Positions 48,128 through 57,421 of a stretch of 57,421 nucleotides of DNA are shown one piece after another. Position numbers and translations under genes: made by a program. Under the pieces are notes generated by a model. The model saw only the letters and a program-made list of their open reading frames with translations, ran no database searches and had not been told where the DNA came from. Origin of the DNA: Promethearchaeota archaeon (GTDB lineage: Archaea > Asgardarchaeota > Lokiarchaeia > Sigyniarchaeales > SOKP01); contig SHMW01000018.1 in assembly GCA_008080735.1 (NCBI GenBank), forward strand, positions 1 to 57,421. The letters run 5' to 3'. Positions within the stretch are counted from its first letter, which is position 1, and every line of letters starts with the position of its first letter.

Positions 48128-49804
48128 ATGTTTTCAGAAGAGGAATTAAAAAAGTTAAAGGAAATAAAAGAAAGATGGAAATCAAAAGTATTAGAAAAAT
48201 ATATAAAAAAAGGAGAGAGAAGAGAAGAATTTAAGACACCTTCGGGAATTCCCATAAAGCAAATATATGATCCTTTGGATATAGAAGATTTGAATTATAT
48301 AAAAGATCTTTCCTATCCGGGATTAACTCCTTTTACAAGGGGTGTGTATCCAACCATGTATAGAGGAAGGATCTGGACAATGCGACAATATAGTGGATTC
48401 GCTGACGCGAAAAAAACAAATGAACGCTTTAAATATTTAATCTCCCAAGGACAGAAGGGTTTATCTATTGCGTTTGATCTTCCCACGCAGATGGGGTATG
48501 ATCCCGATAATGAAATATGTTATGGAGAAGTTGGAAAGGTTGGTGTTTCTATTAGTTCGTTAAAAGATTTCGAGGTTTTATTTCAAGACATTCCTTTAGA
48601 TAAGATATCTACAAGCATGACTATTAATTCCCCAACAGCAGTACTATTAGCGATGTATATAGCAATGGCTGAAAAAAGAGGAATAGATAAAAAGGAATTA
48701 AGAGGGACTGTGCAAAATGATATATTAAAAGAATATATTGCCAGAGGAACTTATATATTCCCACCAGAACCTTCCTTACGGTTAACTGCGGACATCATTG
48801 AATATTGCTCTGACTACATGCCTCGCTTCAATACAATAAGTATAAGTGGATATCATATGAGAGAAGCGGGTTCAAATGCGATACAAGAACTTGCTTTTAC
48901 TTTAGCGAACGGTATTGCTTATGTAAAAGAGGTTTTAAAAAGGGGAATTGATATTGATGATTTTGCTCCAAGATTATCTTTTTTCTTCGCAGCTCAAAAT
49001 GATGTGTTTGAGGAGATAGCAAAATTTAGAGCCGCAAGGCGATTATGGGCTCATATAATGAAAGAAAAGTTCAATGCAAAAAACCCGAATTCTTTTAAGA
49101 TGAGATTTCATACACAAACCGCGGGTATAACGCTCACAGCTCAACAACCAAAAGTAAATATCATAAGAGTGGCCATACAGGCATTATCGAGCATCTTGGG
49201 TGGCACTCAAAGTCTACATACCTGCGGAGCTGATGAGGCCCTAAGTATTCCCACCGAAGATTCTGTAAGAATTTCCCTAAGAACTCAACAAGTCCTTGCC
49301 TATGAATCGGGAATTACTAATGTGGTTGATCCTGTCGGCGGATCATACTATCTTGAATATTTAACAAAGGAATTGGAACAAAAAACTATGGAATATATAA
49401 ATAAAATTGAAAAAATGGGTGGAATGACTGCGGCAATAAACTCAAATTATATACAAAACGAAATTTCTGAAAATGCTTACCTAACCCAGAGGAGAATTGA
49501 AAAGGGAGAAAAAACAATTGTTGGGGTAAATGCCTTTCAAACAGAAGAAGATTTAAAAATTGAAACGTTCACATTTGACGAAAATATTACTAAAAGGAAA
49601 ATTGATGAATTGTATACCCTAAAGGAAGAAAGAGATAATAATTTGGTGCAAAATCGTTTAGTAGATCTGAAAAGAGTCGCTGAAAGTAATGAAAACATTA
49701 TGCCTGCAGTAATAAATGCCGTGAAAGCTTACGCGACACTACAAGAGATCTGTGATATACTTAGAGAGGTTTTTGGTGAATATCAAAGTAGAACTATCTT
49801 TTAA
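48128..49804 (+). CDS. Methylmalonyl-CoA mutase, substrate-binding (large) subunit
   Basis: PFTRGVYPTMY, WTMRQYSGF, AFDLPTQMGYD, QNDILKEYIARG, ISISGYH, GGTQSLHT; no B12-binding domain. Confidence 0.93.
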   Translation: MFSEEELKKLKEIKERWKSKVLEKYIKKGERREEFKTPSGIPIKQIYDPLDIEDLNYIKDLSYPGLTPFTRGVYPTMYRGRIWTMRQYSGFADAKKTNERFKYLISQGQKGLSIAFDLPTQMGYDPDNEICYGEVGKVGVSISSLKDFEVLFQDIPLDKISTSMTINSPTAVLLAMYIAMAEKRGIDKKELRGTVQNDILKEYIARGTYIFPPEPSLRLTADIIEYCSDYMPRFNTISISGYHMREAGSNAIQELAFTLANGIAYVKEVLKRGIDIDDFAPRLSFFFAAQNDVFEEIAKFRAARRLWAHIMKEKFNAKNPNSFKMRFHTQTAGITLTAQQPKVNIIRVAIQALSSILGGTQSLHTCGADEALSIPTEDSVRISLRTQQVLAYESGITNVVDPVGGSYYLEYLTKELEQKTMEYINKIEKMGGMTAAINSNYIQNEISENAYLTQRRIEKGEKTIVGVNAFQTEEDLKIETFTFDENITKRKIDELYTLKEERDNNLVQNRLVDLKRVAESNENIMPAVINAVKAYATLQEICDILREVFGEYQSRTIF

Positions 49805-49954
49805 TTTGTGTAGTTTCTAATCGAGCTTTAAAAACAGATTTATTTGAGATACTATCTTATCCAATATAGAAGATATTCTTATTACAAACCAAAATTTTGT
49901 AAGTTACATAAGATTTTCATTCGATTTACTTGATCATTAATCAAAGAATCATCA

Positions 49955-50458
49955 GTGAAAGAGCTTATGAAGAAAAAAGTTTTAGTCTTTGAGCCTAAAA
50001 AATGTATTGGATGCCGATTATGTGAGGGTTACTGTGCAATGACTCATTATGGAGTTAATAACCCCTCAAAATCACGTATTCGTATTATAAGAAATCATAA
50101 AAAACAAATAGATATTGCGATCTATTGTCATCAATGTATTAACCCTCCTTGTGTGGAAGCATGCAAATTTAATGCTCTAAGTGTTGATTCTGAAACTGGA
50201 GCGATTTCCGTTGAAGAGGAGAATTGCACAGCTTGCAGAATGTGTGTTGAAAAATGTCCTTATGCGGTACCATCTATTCATCCAGATAACAATATTATAA
50301 TGATCTGTGATTTATGTGGAGGAGAACCTAAATGCGTAGAGATATGTCCAGAAAACGCAATTCAATACCTTGAGATTCATAAAGCCGACAATATATACAA
50401 GTCAATATATACTAAACAAGCAGCAGAAAATTTAACTTATAGGGAGGAGGGAAAATGA
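49955..50458 (+). CDS. 4x[4Fe-4S] electron-transfer subunit (AOR-associated)
   Basis: CIGCRLCEGYC, CHQC..PPCVEAC, CTACRMCVEKCP, CDLCGGEPKCVEICP. Confidence 0.92.
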   Translation: MKELMKKKVLVFEPKKCIGCRLCEGYCAMTHYGVNNPSKSRIRIIRNHKKQIDIAIYCHQCINPPCVEACKFNALSVDSETGAISVEEENCTACRMCVEKCPYAVPSIHPDNNIIMICDLCGGEPKCVEICPENAIQYLEIHKADNIYKSIYTKQAAENLTYREEGK

Positions 50459-52281
50459 AAAAATCTTTTGGAATGATGGGTAAATTATTAAGGGTTAATC
50501 TCACAACAGAAAAGATTTCAACTGAATCTATAAGCTTCAAATTATGGGAAGCCTTTTTGGGTGGCCGAGGACTTGGAGCCTACTATTTAATGAAAGAGGT
50601 TCCTCCAGATACAGACCCACTAAGTCCAGATAATAAACTTATTTTCATGAATGGACCATTAGCGGGTACGATAATTCCTGGAAATAATAAAATATGTGTT
50701 ACTTTTAAATCATATCTCACAGAAAGTTATTCCTATTCATTATGTGGAGGCTTTTGGGGTCCAGAATTAAAATATGCTGGCTATGATGGTCTTATAATGG
50801 AAGGGAAGGCATCAAAACCAGTGTATCTTTGGATTGATGATGAAAATATTGAAATCAAGGTTGCAGATCATATTTGGGGAGAGATGATCTCTGAAAGTGA
50901 GGAACAAATTCGTAGAGAACTTGGAGGCGATGAAACAATTCAAATTGCAGTTATAGGTCCCGCAGGAGAGAAAAAGGTGGCTTATGCATGTATCACTGCT
51001 GGTCAATATAGGGAATTTGGGAGAGGAGGTTCTGGTGCAATAATGGGATCAAAGAATTTGAAAGGAATCGCACTGCGAGGGTCTCATGATGTTATCGTTG
51101 GCAAACCAGATGAATTAATCCCCTTATCTAAAAGATTAATTCAAAATCTACAAAAATCATCTGGAGGTCAGATTCGAAGGAAATATGGCACGATGGAATT
51201 GGTTGAAAGAATAAATGATGCGGGCTTTTGGGTAACTCGGAATTTTTCAGGAGGATATTTTGAAGAGGGTTATAAACTGGAAGGAGAACAAATGCGCCAA
51301 GAGATTGTGAGTGGCGATAGTTCCTGTTTTGGTTGTCCTATAGGGTGTGGCAAATGGACCTATGTTCAAACTAAGGATGGAGAGATCTTACAAATGGAGG
51401 GTCCTGAGTTTGAGAGTGTTGGAATGTTAGGGTCAAACTGTGGTATTAGCGATTGGAAAACCATAATGGCTGCCACTAAAATCTGTGATACTTATGGGTT
51501 TGATACTATTAATGGTGGTGGAATTATAGGGATGCTTATGGAAGCCTATGAATCAGGTGCCTTGGACAAAGAGAATATCGATGGAATTGACTTGACTTTT
51601 GGGAATGGGGATGCCCTCTTGAAAATGTTGAAGAAAATAGGAAAAAGAGAAGGTATCGGGGATATTCTCGCAAAAGGTATAGAACGTGCCGGAAGGGAAT
51701 TAGGCATATTAGAATTTGCGGTTCATTCAAAAGGACAAACTTTCCCTGTATACGATCCTCGTGGCGCAAAGGCGATGGCATTGACATATTCCACCAGCCC
51801 AAAAGGAGCGCATCATATGTTCGCGACTACTTTCGGAGCTGAGTTAACAATGGGCAATAGGTTCGAAGAGGAAGGAAAAGCGAGTTTAGAAAGAACTCAT
51901 CAATTCAGTATGGCAATTGTAGACTCTATTGCTCTATGCTCGACAATGCGAGCGGGAATAACGTTGAATGATCAAGCGGAAGCATATTCGGTTGTCACAG
52001 GAATGCAAATGGATATAGATAAATTAAATGAAGCCGCGGAGCGTATTATTAACCTTGAAAGAATGTATAATGTTCTTATCGGTTATAATCGTGAGAATGA
52101 TACTTTACCGAGTAAATTTCTAAATGTAGCTATGCCGAAAGGTGAAAGCAAAGGTCAAACTGTAAATCTTAGTTTAATGTTGGATGAATATTATGACGTT
52201 ATGGGTTGGACAATTGATGGAATTCCAACTAAAGAGAAGCTACATCAATTAGAACTAAATCGTTTTATTGATGGAATCTAA
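50455..52281 (+). CDS. aor: Tungsten-dependent aldehyde:ferredoxin oxidoreductase family protein
   Basis: LGGRGLG, GPELKYAGYD, GRGG.GAIMGSKNLK, CFGCPIGC, GPEFE, D.YG.DTI, YDPRG. Confidence 0.92.
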   Translation: MKKSFGMMGKLLRVNLTTEKISTESISFKLWEAFLGGRGLGAYYLMKEVPPDTDPLSPDNKLIFMNGPLAGTIIPGNNKICVTFKSYLTESYSYSLCGGFWGPELKYAGYDGLIMEGKASKPVYLWIDDENIEIKVADHIWGEMISESEEQIRRELGGDETIQIAVIGPAGEKKVAYACITAGQYREFGRGGSGAIMGSKNLKGIALRGSHDVIVGKPDELIPLSKRLIQNLQKSSGGQIRRKYGTMELVERINDAGFWVTRNFSGGYFEEGYKLEGEQMRQEIVSGDSSCFGCPIGCGKWTYVQTKDGEILQMEGPEFESVGMLGSNCGISDWKTIMAATKICDTYGFDTINGGGIIGMLMEAYESGALDKENIDGIDLTFGNGDALLKMLKKIGKREGIGDILAKGIERAGRELGILEFAVHSKGQTFPVYDPRGAKAMALTYSTSPKGAHHMFATTFGAELTMGNRFEEEGKASLERTHQFSMAIVDSIALCSTMRAGITLNDQAEAYSVVTGMQMDIDKLNEAAERIINLERMYNVLIGYNRENDTLPSKFLNVAMPKGESKGQTVNLSLMLDEYYDVMGWTIDGIPTKEKLHQLELNRFIDGI

Positions 52282-52347
52282 TTTTTCTTATATTATAGTT
52301 TATTGAAAAAAATCATTGAATTCTAAACCATAAAAATATTTTAAGGG

Positions 52348-53604
52348 ATGCGAGCTCAAAAATTTCCGAAGATGCGGTTTGTCACTCAAGCTATCAGATT
52401 TCCTGAAGTGGAGAATCTTGAATCTTTGATCACTAACAAGCTTAAGGACTTTGGATTAAATAAGAGGGTTTCTAATGGTGAAAGGATCGCATTAACTGCT
52501 AGTTCACGGGGAATAAAATCCCAAGCGCTTATTCTTCGACTTCTAGTAGATTATCTAAAGACCTTAGGCACTAAACCATATATAATTCCCGCGATGGGGA
52601 GCCACGGAGGCGCAACTGCTAAGGGACAAATGGAAATCTTAAAAGAATATGGAATAACTACTCAGTCCATGGGTTGTCCAATTAGAGCTACTATGGAAGT
52701 GGTTAAACTTGGAGTCACTGAATTTGGAACCCCTTTAGTTGTTAATAAACATGTATTAGATGCAGATAAAATTTTTATAATCAACAAAATCAATACTCAT
52801 TCCAAATTCGTGGGGCCGGTAGAGAGTGGTCTTAGTAAAATGTGCTTAATTGGCCTCGGAAGCCATCAAGGAGCTAAACTTTATCATCGACTCATTGAAA
52901 AATATTCTTGGACGACTGTTATCCAATCTCTAAGTAACTTAATCATAGAGAAATTACCTATTATGGCAGGTTTAGCAATAATTCAGAATGCTTATAATAA
53001 AGTTTCTGAGATTCATTTTTTAAAACCAGAAGAATTTGTTGAGAAAGAACCAGAATTACTAGAGAGATGTAAAGAAATCAAGCCTAAAATTCCTTTTAAT
53101 GAATTGGACCTCCTCATTATTGATGAGATGGGCAAAAATATCTTCGGTACGGGTATGGATACCCAAATCACAGGTAAGAAACGCAACTCTGAGATGAATG
53201 TTCAATGGGTATTTGTCAGAGATCTCACGGAAGAAACTCATGGAAATGCTCAAGGTATAGGTCTTGCGGATTTTACTACCAAACGTTTAGTAGATAAAAT
53301 AGATTTCTCACAGACCTATGAGAATGCTTTGACAGCTTATCGTACAGATTCTCCAAAAATTCCCATTTTCCTTCCCACTGACAAGGATATATTGAATAAA
53401 ATATTCGATGTATCGGGCATAAAAAACCCTTCGGAATTTCGAATAGTTTGGATTAAAAATACCTTAGAACTCGGAAAGATGTTAGTTTCTGAAGCTTTTT
53501 TTGATGAAATAGAAAGTAAAATTAATCTTAATTCTGTTGAGGGTGTAGAAGATATACAATTTGACAAGCAAGGTTATCTAACTAACTCTAAAAAATATTG
53601 GTAA
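52348..53604 (+). CDS. Lactate-racemase-N (DUF2088/DUF362)-like protein
   Basis: SRGI, IPAMGSHGGATA.GQ, ESGL.KM..IGLG...GA, GKNI.GTGMD, HGNA.GIGLAD. Confidence 0.8.
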   Translation: MRAQKFPKMRFVTQAIRFPEVENLESLITNKLKDFGLNKRVSNGERIALTASSRGIKSQALILRLLVDYLKTLGTKPYIIPAMGSHGGATAKGQMEILKEYGITTQSMGCPIRATMEVVKLGVTEFGTPLVVNKHVLDADKIFIINKINTHSKFVGPVESGLSKMCLIGLGSHQGAKLYHRLIEKYSWTTVIQSLSNLIIEKLPIMAGLAIIQNAYNKVSEIHFLKPEEFVEKEPELLERCKEIKPKIPFNELDLLIIDEMGKNIFGTGMDTQITGKKRNSEMNVQWVFVRDLTEETHGNAQGIGLADFTTKRLVDKIDFSQTYENALTAYRTDSPKIPIFLPTDKDILNKIFDVSGIKNPSEFRIVWIKNTLELGKMLVSEAFFDEIESKINLNSVEGVEDIQFDKQGYLTNSKKYW

Positions 53605-53701
53605 AGCTTGTATATGTGAAGGAAATAGTTATTTTTATTGGGAAATAAAAATTAGCGTTTTTAATTGGGTTTTAAATATATAAACAAATTCTCAACTGAA
53701 A

Positions 53702-54631
53702 ATGGCTGATGTCAACTATACATTCTTGCTTTCTTTAACCATAATTACCTTGGGATATTTACTGAAAAAAGCTAATATCATCTCAGAAGAGAATGGAAGA
53801 TCTATCGCAAAAGTTGTGTTCAATGCTACATTGCCAGCTCTTATTTTTAAAACAGTTGTATCAATCGAAATTACCCCAACTCTAATCCTACTCACAGTAA
53901 TTCCATTATTATATGCTGGTTTTGTATTTACTCTCTCATATTTCATATATCGTAAAGATCATCCTTCAATAACAGGGCTTTCATTGATGAGTGTTATAGG
54001 TTTTAATGTTGTACATTTAGCATTTCCTTTAATAGAGAGAATTTGGGGAACCGAGGGGTTAAAATATATAGCGATGTTCGATATCGCAAACGGTTTTGTT
54101 ATATTTGTGATGTGTTATTTAATAGGTTCAATATTTTCTCCTAAAAACGAGAGAGTAAATAAAAGAGACATTTTTAAAAAGAGTGCAAGAAAGCTATTAT
54201 CTTCTGGACCGCTGATTGCATATTTCATCGCTTTAATTCTAAATCTCTCCGGGCTTCTAATTCCCAACTTCATTAGTGATATTATGGATATCCTTGGAAG
54301 AGCTAATTCAGCTCTAACCTTATTATTACTCGGAATATTCTTGAATTTTCATTTTGAGAAAAGTAAATGGAAAAATATTTTAAAAATCTTAGGTATTAGA
54401 TATTTGTTTGGACTCGTAATAGGTATCTCTCTCTTTTTCTTGTTGCCCTTTAATCTCCTTTATAGAGGTATATTATCTATTGCTCTAATTTTACCAATAG
54501 GCCTCGCGATGATTCCGTATGCCGTCGAATTTGAATATGATGAAGAATTGATGGGAATGGCAATCAATTTATCGTTGGTAATTTCATTTGTTTTGATGTG
54601 GCTATTAATCCTAATTTTAGGTTTCGGATAA
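53702..54631 (+). CDS. AEC (auxin efflux carrier/malate permease) family transporter
   Basis: V....LPALIF, N.....FP...IWG.EG, L.LLLLGI, two 5-TM repeats. Confidence 0.85.
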   Translation: MADVNYTFLLSLTIITLGYLLKKANIISEENGRSIAKVVFNATLPALIFKTVVSIEITPTLILLTVIPLLYAGFVFTLSYFIYRKDHPSITGLSLMSVIGFNVVHLAFPLIERIWGTEGLKYIAMFDIANGFVIFVMCYLIGSIFSPKNERVNKRDIFKKSARKLLSSGPLIAYFIALILNLSGLLIPNFISDIMDILGRANSALTLLLLGIFLNFHFEKSKWKNILKILGIRYLFGLVIGISLFFLLPFNLLYRGILSIALILPIGLAMIPYAVEFEYDEELMGMAINLSLVISFVLMWLLILILGFG

Positions 54632-54681
54632 CTCTTTACTCCTTTAATTAGAATATTAAGAAATAGAAAAAAATATAATTT

Positions 54682-55227
54682 CTATAATGAAACTTTCTGG
54701 AATTCATACAAACTGTCGACTTTTCCAACATATCGAAATAAATCTGTGCTGAGTATGCGAGATTTTATTTGCTGCTCATCAAAATGATGATCGTCCACCC
54801 AGAGTCTCCCATCCTTTTTCAATACTCTATAAAACTCTTTTAGATGACTTTCATAGTTTTCTAATCCGTGTAAAACATCTATCAATACTACTTTATCAAT
54901 TGAGCTTTTCTCTAAATCCACCTTACAATCGGTGGTGATTGTATCAATATTACTGAGGTCATTCTTATCTGCTCGTTTTTTTACTTTTTCTGATGCTAAT
55001 GGATGGATATCTGCTGCGAATACCTTTCCTGTAGGTCCAATCTTTTCTGCTATGGGAATTGTATAGCTTCCAGGACCGCATCCGTATTCTAAGATATAAT
55101 CACCTTTTTGAAGATCTACTTTTTCGATTTTTTTCATAGGATCCTTAAAAAAGTCCCTAATTTTAAAGAAAAAAGCCATTATTTTAAAATCTATATTACT
55201 TTTATGTTCACTGTCATAATTATTCAT
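54682..55227 (-). CDS. Class I SAM-dependent methyltransferase
   Basis: ILEYGCGPG, VFAADI, DVLH...EFYRVLK..G. Confidence 0.9.
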   Translation of the reverse strand: MNNYDSEHKSNIDFKIMAFFFKIRDFFKDPMKKIEKVDLQKGDYILEYGCGPGSYTIPIAEKIGPTGKVFAADIHPLASEKVKKRADKNDLSNIDTITTDCKVDLEKSSIDKVVLIDVLHGLENYESHLKEFYRVLKKDGRLWVDDHHFDEQQIKSRILSTDLFRYVGKVDSLYEFQKVSL

Positions 55228-55460
55228 TTTTTTTTATCACTCCCATTAGGCTCAAATGCTTGGAATAATTTAGCGGCAAATCCATTTAATTCTGAAGCTT
55301 TGATTAATCCCAATCCTTTATTGATATCACCAAATACCAAGATCTTGTCTCCTTCATTTATGTTGAATAACTCTCTCGCTTCTTTGGGAATCGTTATTTG
55401 GCCTCTCTCACCGACTGTTGATGAGCCAAAAAACATTCTGTTTTTTTTGTGTTTTTTCAT
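55224..55460 (-). CDS. AbrB/MazE/SpoVT family DNA-binding protein
   Basis: TVGERGQITIPKEARELFNINEGDKILV; overlaps the methyltransferase start by 4 nt. Confidence 0.92.
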   Translation of the reverse strand: MKKHKKNRMFFGSSTVGERGQITIPKEARELFNINEGDKILVFGDINKGLGLIKASELNGFAAKLFQAFEPNGSDKKK

Positions 55461-55480
55461 ATTATTTCATCTTGATGCGA

Positions 55481-55525
55481 ATTCATATGATTCATATTAT
55501 TCATACTAATCATATCTTGCATACT
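55481..55525. repeat. Five degenerate 9-bp tandem repeats, probable operator of the AbrB-family gene
   Basis: ATTCATATG ATTCATATT ATTCATACT AATCATATC TTGCATACT, lying between the AbrB start (55460) and a TTTATAAA box. Confidence 0.75.
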
Positions 55526-55532
55526 TTATAAA
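55525..55532 (-). promoter_or_regulatory. Probable archaeal TATA box for the abrB-methyltransferase operon
   Basis: TTTATAAA immediately upstream (minus strand) of the repeat array. Confidence 0.5.
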
Positions 55533-55856
55533 TATTTTGGAACTCCTAAAATGTAAAAATTAATTGTTGAATAAATTAACAAATACTTTTCTTTTATCTA
55601 TTTCATAGCCATTCTAGGATAAGATATAGATTAGAATGAAAATGAAGAATTGAATGGAATAGGTTCTTAATCAAATCACATTTTTTGAAATCCTATTTAA
55701 ATCAAATAAAAGAATTACATGAAATCCTTATCATTTATTTTTTATTGAAATTGATCTAATCGCAATAAAACTATAAATTATAGTCATAGAAAATTTATTG
55801 AGAGATACATGGTTCTTCCTTAGTAAAACTAATCTTAAAAATAATCTATTTATGAG

Positions 55857-57182
55857 TTGAATGAAATGAAAGAAAAGATCAAGATCGGGGTTTGTTGCTT
55901 GGCACGCAAAACTTTTGATTTTAATGCCGCTCTTAATATTTATAAAAAGATTCAAGGAGAATTGAAACAGATTGAAGCAATCGAATGGGTTTTTATTGAA
56001 GACTTGGTTATTGAAATAGAAGAAGGTCAAGAAGCGTCGCATTATTTTGCATCTCAAGAGGTCGATGGATTAGTGGTAATAAGTGGAACATTTGCGTTAG
56101 GACATCTAGTATTGGAACTTAATAAACGAGTACAAAAATCTATTCTTTTATGGGGATTGGAAGAATTACCGTATGATGGAGGAAGAATACGATTAAATTC
56201 CGTGTGTGGAATAAATTTAAATGCGTCTAATTTGTATAAAGCGGGTGTAAAAAATTTCCATGTGGTAATTGGAGAGAAAATCGATGAAGATTGGTTGGAT
56301 GCTATCCGTATTAAAAGAGCCCTCTCAGAAGCACACATAGGGGTAATTGGCTCCAGAGCTCATGGGTTTTTCAATCTTGATGTTGATGAATTGTATTTAT
56401 ATAAAGAACTCGGGGTTCTTGTGGATTTTTATCCGCTTGGCGATTTATTCAACCAAGAAATTGATTACGATAAGCTTCCCGAGAGAAAAACTCAATTAGA
56501 AACGTTATTTGACCTTTCCAGATTAGAGGAGCATCAAGTAGAAAAAGTAGCGGACTTAATAATAAAGTTTGAGACTTTTATTGAAAACAATCACCTCACC
56601 TCTATTGCAATACGCTGCTGGCCAGAATTCGCCGCTAAATTTGGAATATCGCCTTGCGCCGCGATGTCAGTACTTCAATCAGAAGGGAAAGTTCTGACGT
56701 GTGAAGGAGATGTGTTGGGCAGCCTATCTATGCTCGCGCACTCCGCTATTGGTGGAGAAACACCATACTTAGCTGATTTTTCTCAAGTCGATTTTAAGGA
56801 GGATTTTGGCCTTTTATGGCATTGCGGAGTGGCCCCATGCAATCTCTGGGATGGAAAATGTATACGGGCTTTAGATTCTGATTTTGCTGGCGGTAAAGGA
56901 GTAACGGCAGATTTTGTGATGAAACCCGGGGACATTTCTCTCTTACGATTTGATTATGCTCCAGGAGAATATAGGGTATTCATTCAAAAAGGCGAGGCAA
57001 TCCCAATGAAAAAGGAATTAAAAGGAACCTACGCTAAAGTTAAATTTAAAGATCATGTACGAGTCGTATTGGATAAGATAATTGAAAATGGAATTGCGCA
57101 TCATATCTCCGTAGTGTATGGTGATTTTATTAGACCTTTAAAAATATTCGGAAAAATTATAGGTTGGAAAATAATCAAATAA
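55857..57182 (+). CDS. L-fucose/L-arabinose isomerase family protein, candidate sulfoquinovose isomerase (SqvD/SftI-like)
   Basis: ARKTFD, RLNSVCG, AIRCWPEF, CEGD, WHCG, G.AHH...YG metal-binding motifs; functional call rests on gene context. Confidence 0.8.
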   Translation: MNEMKEKIKIGVCCLARKTFDFNAALNIYKKIQGELKQIEAIEWVFIEDLVIEIEEGQEASHYFASQEVDGLVVISGTFALGHLVLELNKRVQKSILLWGLEELPYDGGRIRLNSVCGINLNASNLYKAGVKNFHVVIGEKIDEDWLDAIRIKRALSEAHIGVIGSRAHGFFNLDVDELYLYKELGVLVDFYPLGDLFNQEIDYDKLPERKTQLETLFDLSRLEEHQVEKVADLIIKFETFIENNHLTSIAIRCWPEFAAKFGISPCAAMSVLQSEGKVLTCEGDVLGSLSMLAHSAIGGETPYLADFSQVDFKEDFGLLWHCGVAPCNLWDGKCIRALDSDFAGGKGVTADFVMKPGDISLLRFDYAPGEYRVFIQKGEAIPMKKELKGTYAKVKFKDHVRVVLDKIIENGIAHHISVVYGDFIRPLKIFGKIIGWKIIK

Positions 57183-57325
57183 TGAAAAATTAAGAAAACT
57201 ATCAAATTTTCTTAGCTTTTTATTATAGATTTATTTGAAAAATTACCACGTATTAAAGAACTCTATTTTCATATCTTTAATTAAATTAATAATATATCAG
57301 ATACTAAAAAAAAGAAAAAGAATAA

Positions 57326-57421
57326 CTAAATATTTAGCTTCTCTAATTCTAAAATGGTTTTTTCTAAGTCTTCTTGGGAAATTGTATAAAGTTTCCAGAA
57401 AGCAATTGCACCAATACCCAT
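57326..57421 (-). CDS. C-terminal fragment of a probable MFS/GPH sugar transporter (runs off the window)
   Basis: Minus strand reads ...MGIGAIAFWKLYTISQEDLEKTILELEKLNI*, a typical GPH-family last TM plus tail. Confidence 0.55.
   Translation of the reverse strand: MGIGAIAFWKLYTISQEDLEKTILELEKLNI

Noticed and set aside
55481-55525. Repeat array as CRISPR or coding repeat
   Set aside because: 9-bp degenerate units without spacers and no cas genes; position fits an operator.
4651-56338. Numerous 60-140 aa ORFs antisense to or overlapping confident genes (e.g. 4651..4875, 9780..10166, 41354..41770, 55108..55509, 55731..56057)
   Set aside because: Shadow ORFs with no motifs or RBS, overlapping well-supported genes.
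1-57421. Selenocysteine recoding, transposases, integrases, viral genes
   Set aside because: No in-frame TGA at a catalytic position and no mobile-element or viral hallmark proteins were recognised.

Overview
AT-rich (~30% GC by eye) archaeal chromosomal segment, most consistent with an Asgard archaeon of the Lokiarchaeia type. This is an inference from longin/DENN-like proteins, archaeal thiolase-DUF35 modules, OFOR/AOR genes, oligo-T terminators and GGAGG/GGTGA ribosome-binding sites. About 50 protein genes; no rRNA, tRNA, CRISPR array or transposase was seen. Highlights: (1) a MoxR AAA+ ATPase gene is interrupted by a 30-nt insertion carrying an in-frame stop. The insertion folds into a bulge-helix-bulge/loop motif whose predicted cut sites restore the conserved protein exactly, so it is a candidate endonuclease-spliced mRNA intron. 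(2) A ~23-kb catabolic region encodes a YihQ-like GH31, a SqvA/SftT-like transaldolase and a fucose-isomerase-family protein, i.e. a probable sulfo-transaldolase sulfoglycolysis variant, with an extra sulfamidase-like/amidohydrolase/NagB-like branch and an AOR. (3) A ~130-nt structured intergenic element exposes a perfect Shine-Dalgarno sequence and a 3-codon ORF. (4) Also present: a HeH-SWIM-TIR protein convergent with the VWA/MoxR pair, an apparently permuted MscL, and longin- and DENN-like proteins. All family assignments come from motif recognition and recalled sequences, not database searches.
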